Assembly (NCBI RefSeq): GCF_006345805.1
Contig: NC_043001.1
Coordinates: 43,586,001-43,650,000 of the forward strand
Direction: 5' to 3'
Length of the DNA stretch: 64,000 nucleotides
From: Octopus sinensis
Taxonomy: Eukaryota
Made by a program: the position numbers and the translations under genes. The notes beneath the pieces were generated by a model that ran no database searches, had not been told where the DNA came from, and saw nothing but the letters and a program-made list of their open reading frames with translations. Positions 62,835 through 64,000 of the stretch are shown here, one piece after another. The stretch's first letter is position 1, and each line of letters opens with the position of its first letter.

Positions 62835-63297
62835 ATGTAGGTGTATGTGTGCACATGCATGCATGCATGTATGAGTGTGTGCGCATACATTGAAATCTCA
62901 CTTTATAGAATAAACTGACAGCACCCCATCTTTTATTTTGTGTTACTCCTTTGGGAATAAATTAAGGCATCCTGAGTAACTCTGAAAGCTCTGAGACAAT
63001 ATTAACTGTTCATAAAAAAAACACAAGAATTGGGATTTGCTGCCTCAAAACTATTAATAGTGAAGGTTATTTTTAGACAACATAAAGTGTCTTTCCAAGA
63101 CCCCACCCACTCTGTCCCCCACATTCAGCATCTTTATACCATATGGCAACACTCCCTAAATTGTTTCTAAGGGTTTGGTAAAAAAGTACCTTAATTAATG
63201 CTGTGATACAGAATTCAAGATTTTGGGTTGGTAAGGCTAATGTGTACATGTTTGTGTAAATAAATAAGCACCCATATATATGAATATACATAGACAA

Positions 63298-63355
<58 letters not shown>

Positions 63356-63370
63356 TTATACACACATTTA

Positions 63371-63591
63371 TACAAGGGGGTGCTGAAAAGTTCTTGGCTT
63401 TAAGGGTTTTGCAAAAGGCCTGGCTGGAGGCTCAACCTTCTGAGTTCTTTTACAGGGCTTAGGAAAACTGAAGGGCTACTGCAATAAGTGCATGAATCTG
63501 AGAGGAGAATACACTGAATTAAATTATAATTAACTGATCCTCCTGTATTTTCTTTTACCCAGAGCCAGAAACTTTACAGTACCCTCTCATA
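63371..63591 (+). mobile_element. Mariner-derived MITE (second copy)
   Basis: TA-caagggggtgctgaaaagttc ... aactttacagtaccctctca-TA. Homologous to 2751-2968. Confidence 0.78.
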
Positions 63592-64000
63592 CCTATACAT
63601 TTATAAATATATATTCATTCATTCATTTGTTCATTCATCATTTCACCTGTTTTTCTATGCTAACCCCATAAAAATATATTTATTTCTTTATTGCCCACAG
63701 CGGGCTAAACATAGAGGGGACAAACAAGGACAGACAAAGGGATTAAGTTGATTACATCAACCCTAGCATGTAACTGGTACTTATTTAATCGACCCCGAAA
63801 GGATGAAAGGCAAAGTCGACCTCAGTGGAATTTGAACTCAGACGAAATACTGCTTGGCATTTCACCTGGCATGCTAACGATTCTGCCAGCTCGCCGCCCC
63901 ATAAAAGTATATTAAAGAGAAAACAAGTTATGCAGCTTTCAATAATTGCCAGTTGTAAATATATGTGTTTCAATTAGAAAGATACTTAAATGACAACTCA

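Overview
AT-rich, microsatellite- and transposon-dense eukaryotic DNA. The SINE, LINE and microsatellite landscape suggests a coleoid cephalopod, probably Octopus (inference). One host gene can be assembled on the + strand from five exons with canonical AG/GT sites and consistent phases: 3019-3237, 13658-13975, 16086-16310, 24681-24765 and 27933-28839. The N-terminal exon(s) were not located. The joined frame (about 584 aa) encodes a type I membrane protein: two Cys-containing, divergent SUEL/rhamnose-lectin-like modules, a Ser/Thr/acidic stalk, one TM helix and a ~300-aa low-complexity tail with 14 Tyr, 10 of them in YxxPhi motifs. The rest is repeats: mariner copies and MITEs, two Dong/R4 LINEs in (TAA)n arrays, RTE LINE fragments, Penelope-like fragments (three tails carry hammerhead-like motifs), two decayed Gypsy LTR elements, hAT and Helitron-like pieces, and many tRNA-derived SINEs. 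There is also a tRNA-Glu(TTC)-like pseudogene, a head-to-head telomere-like array and an unusually dense set of long inverted duplications and fold-backs. Exon and palindrome coordinates were read by hand to the base; most repeat boundaries are approximate (tens of bp). No database search was run. No prokaryotic systems or CRISPR arrays are supported.
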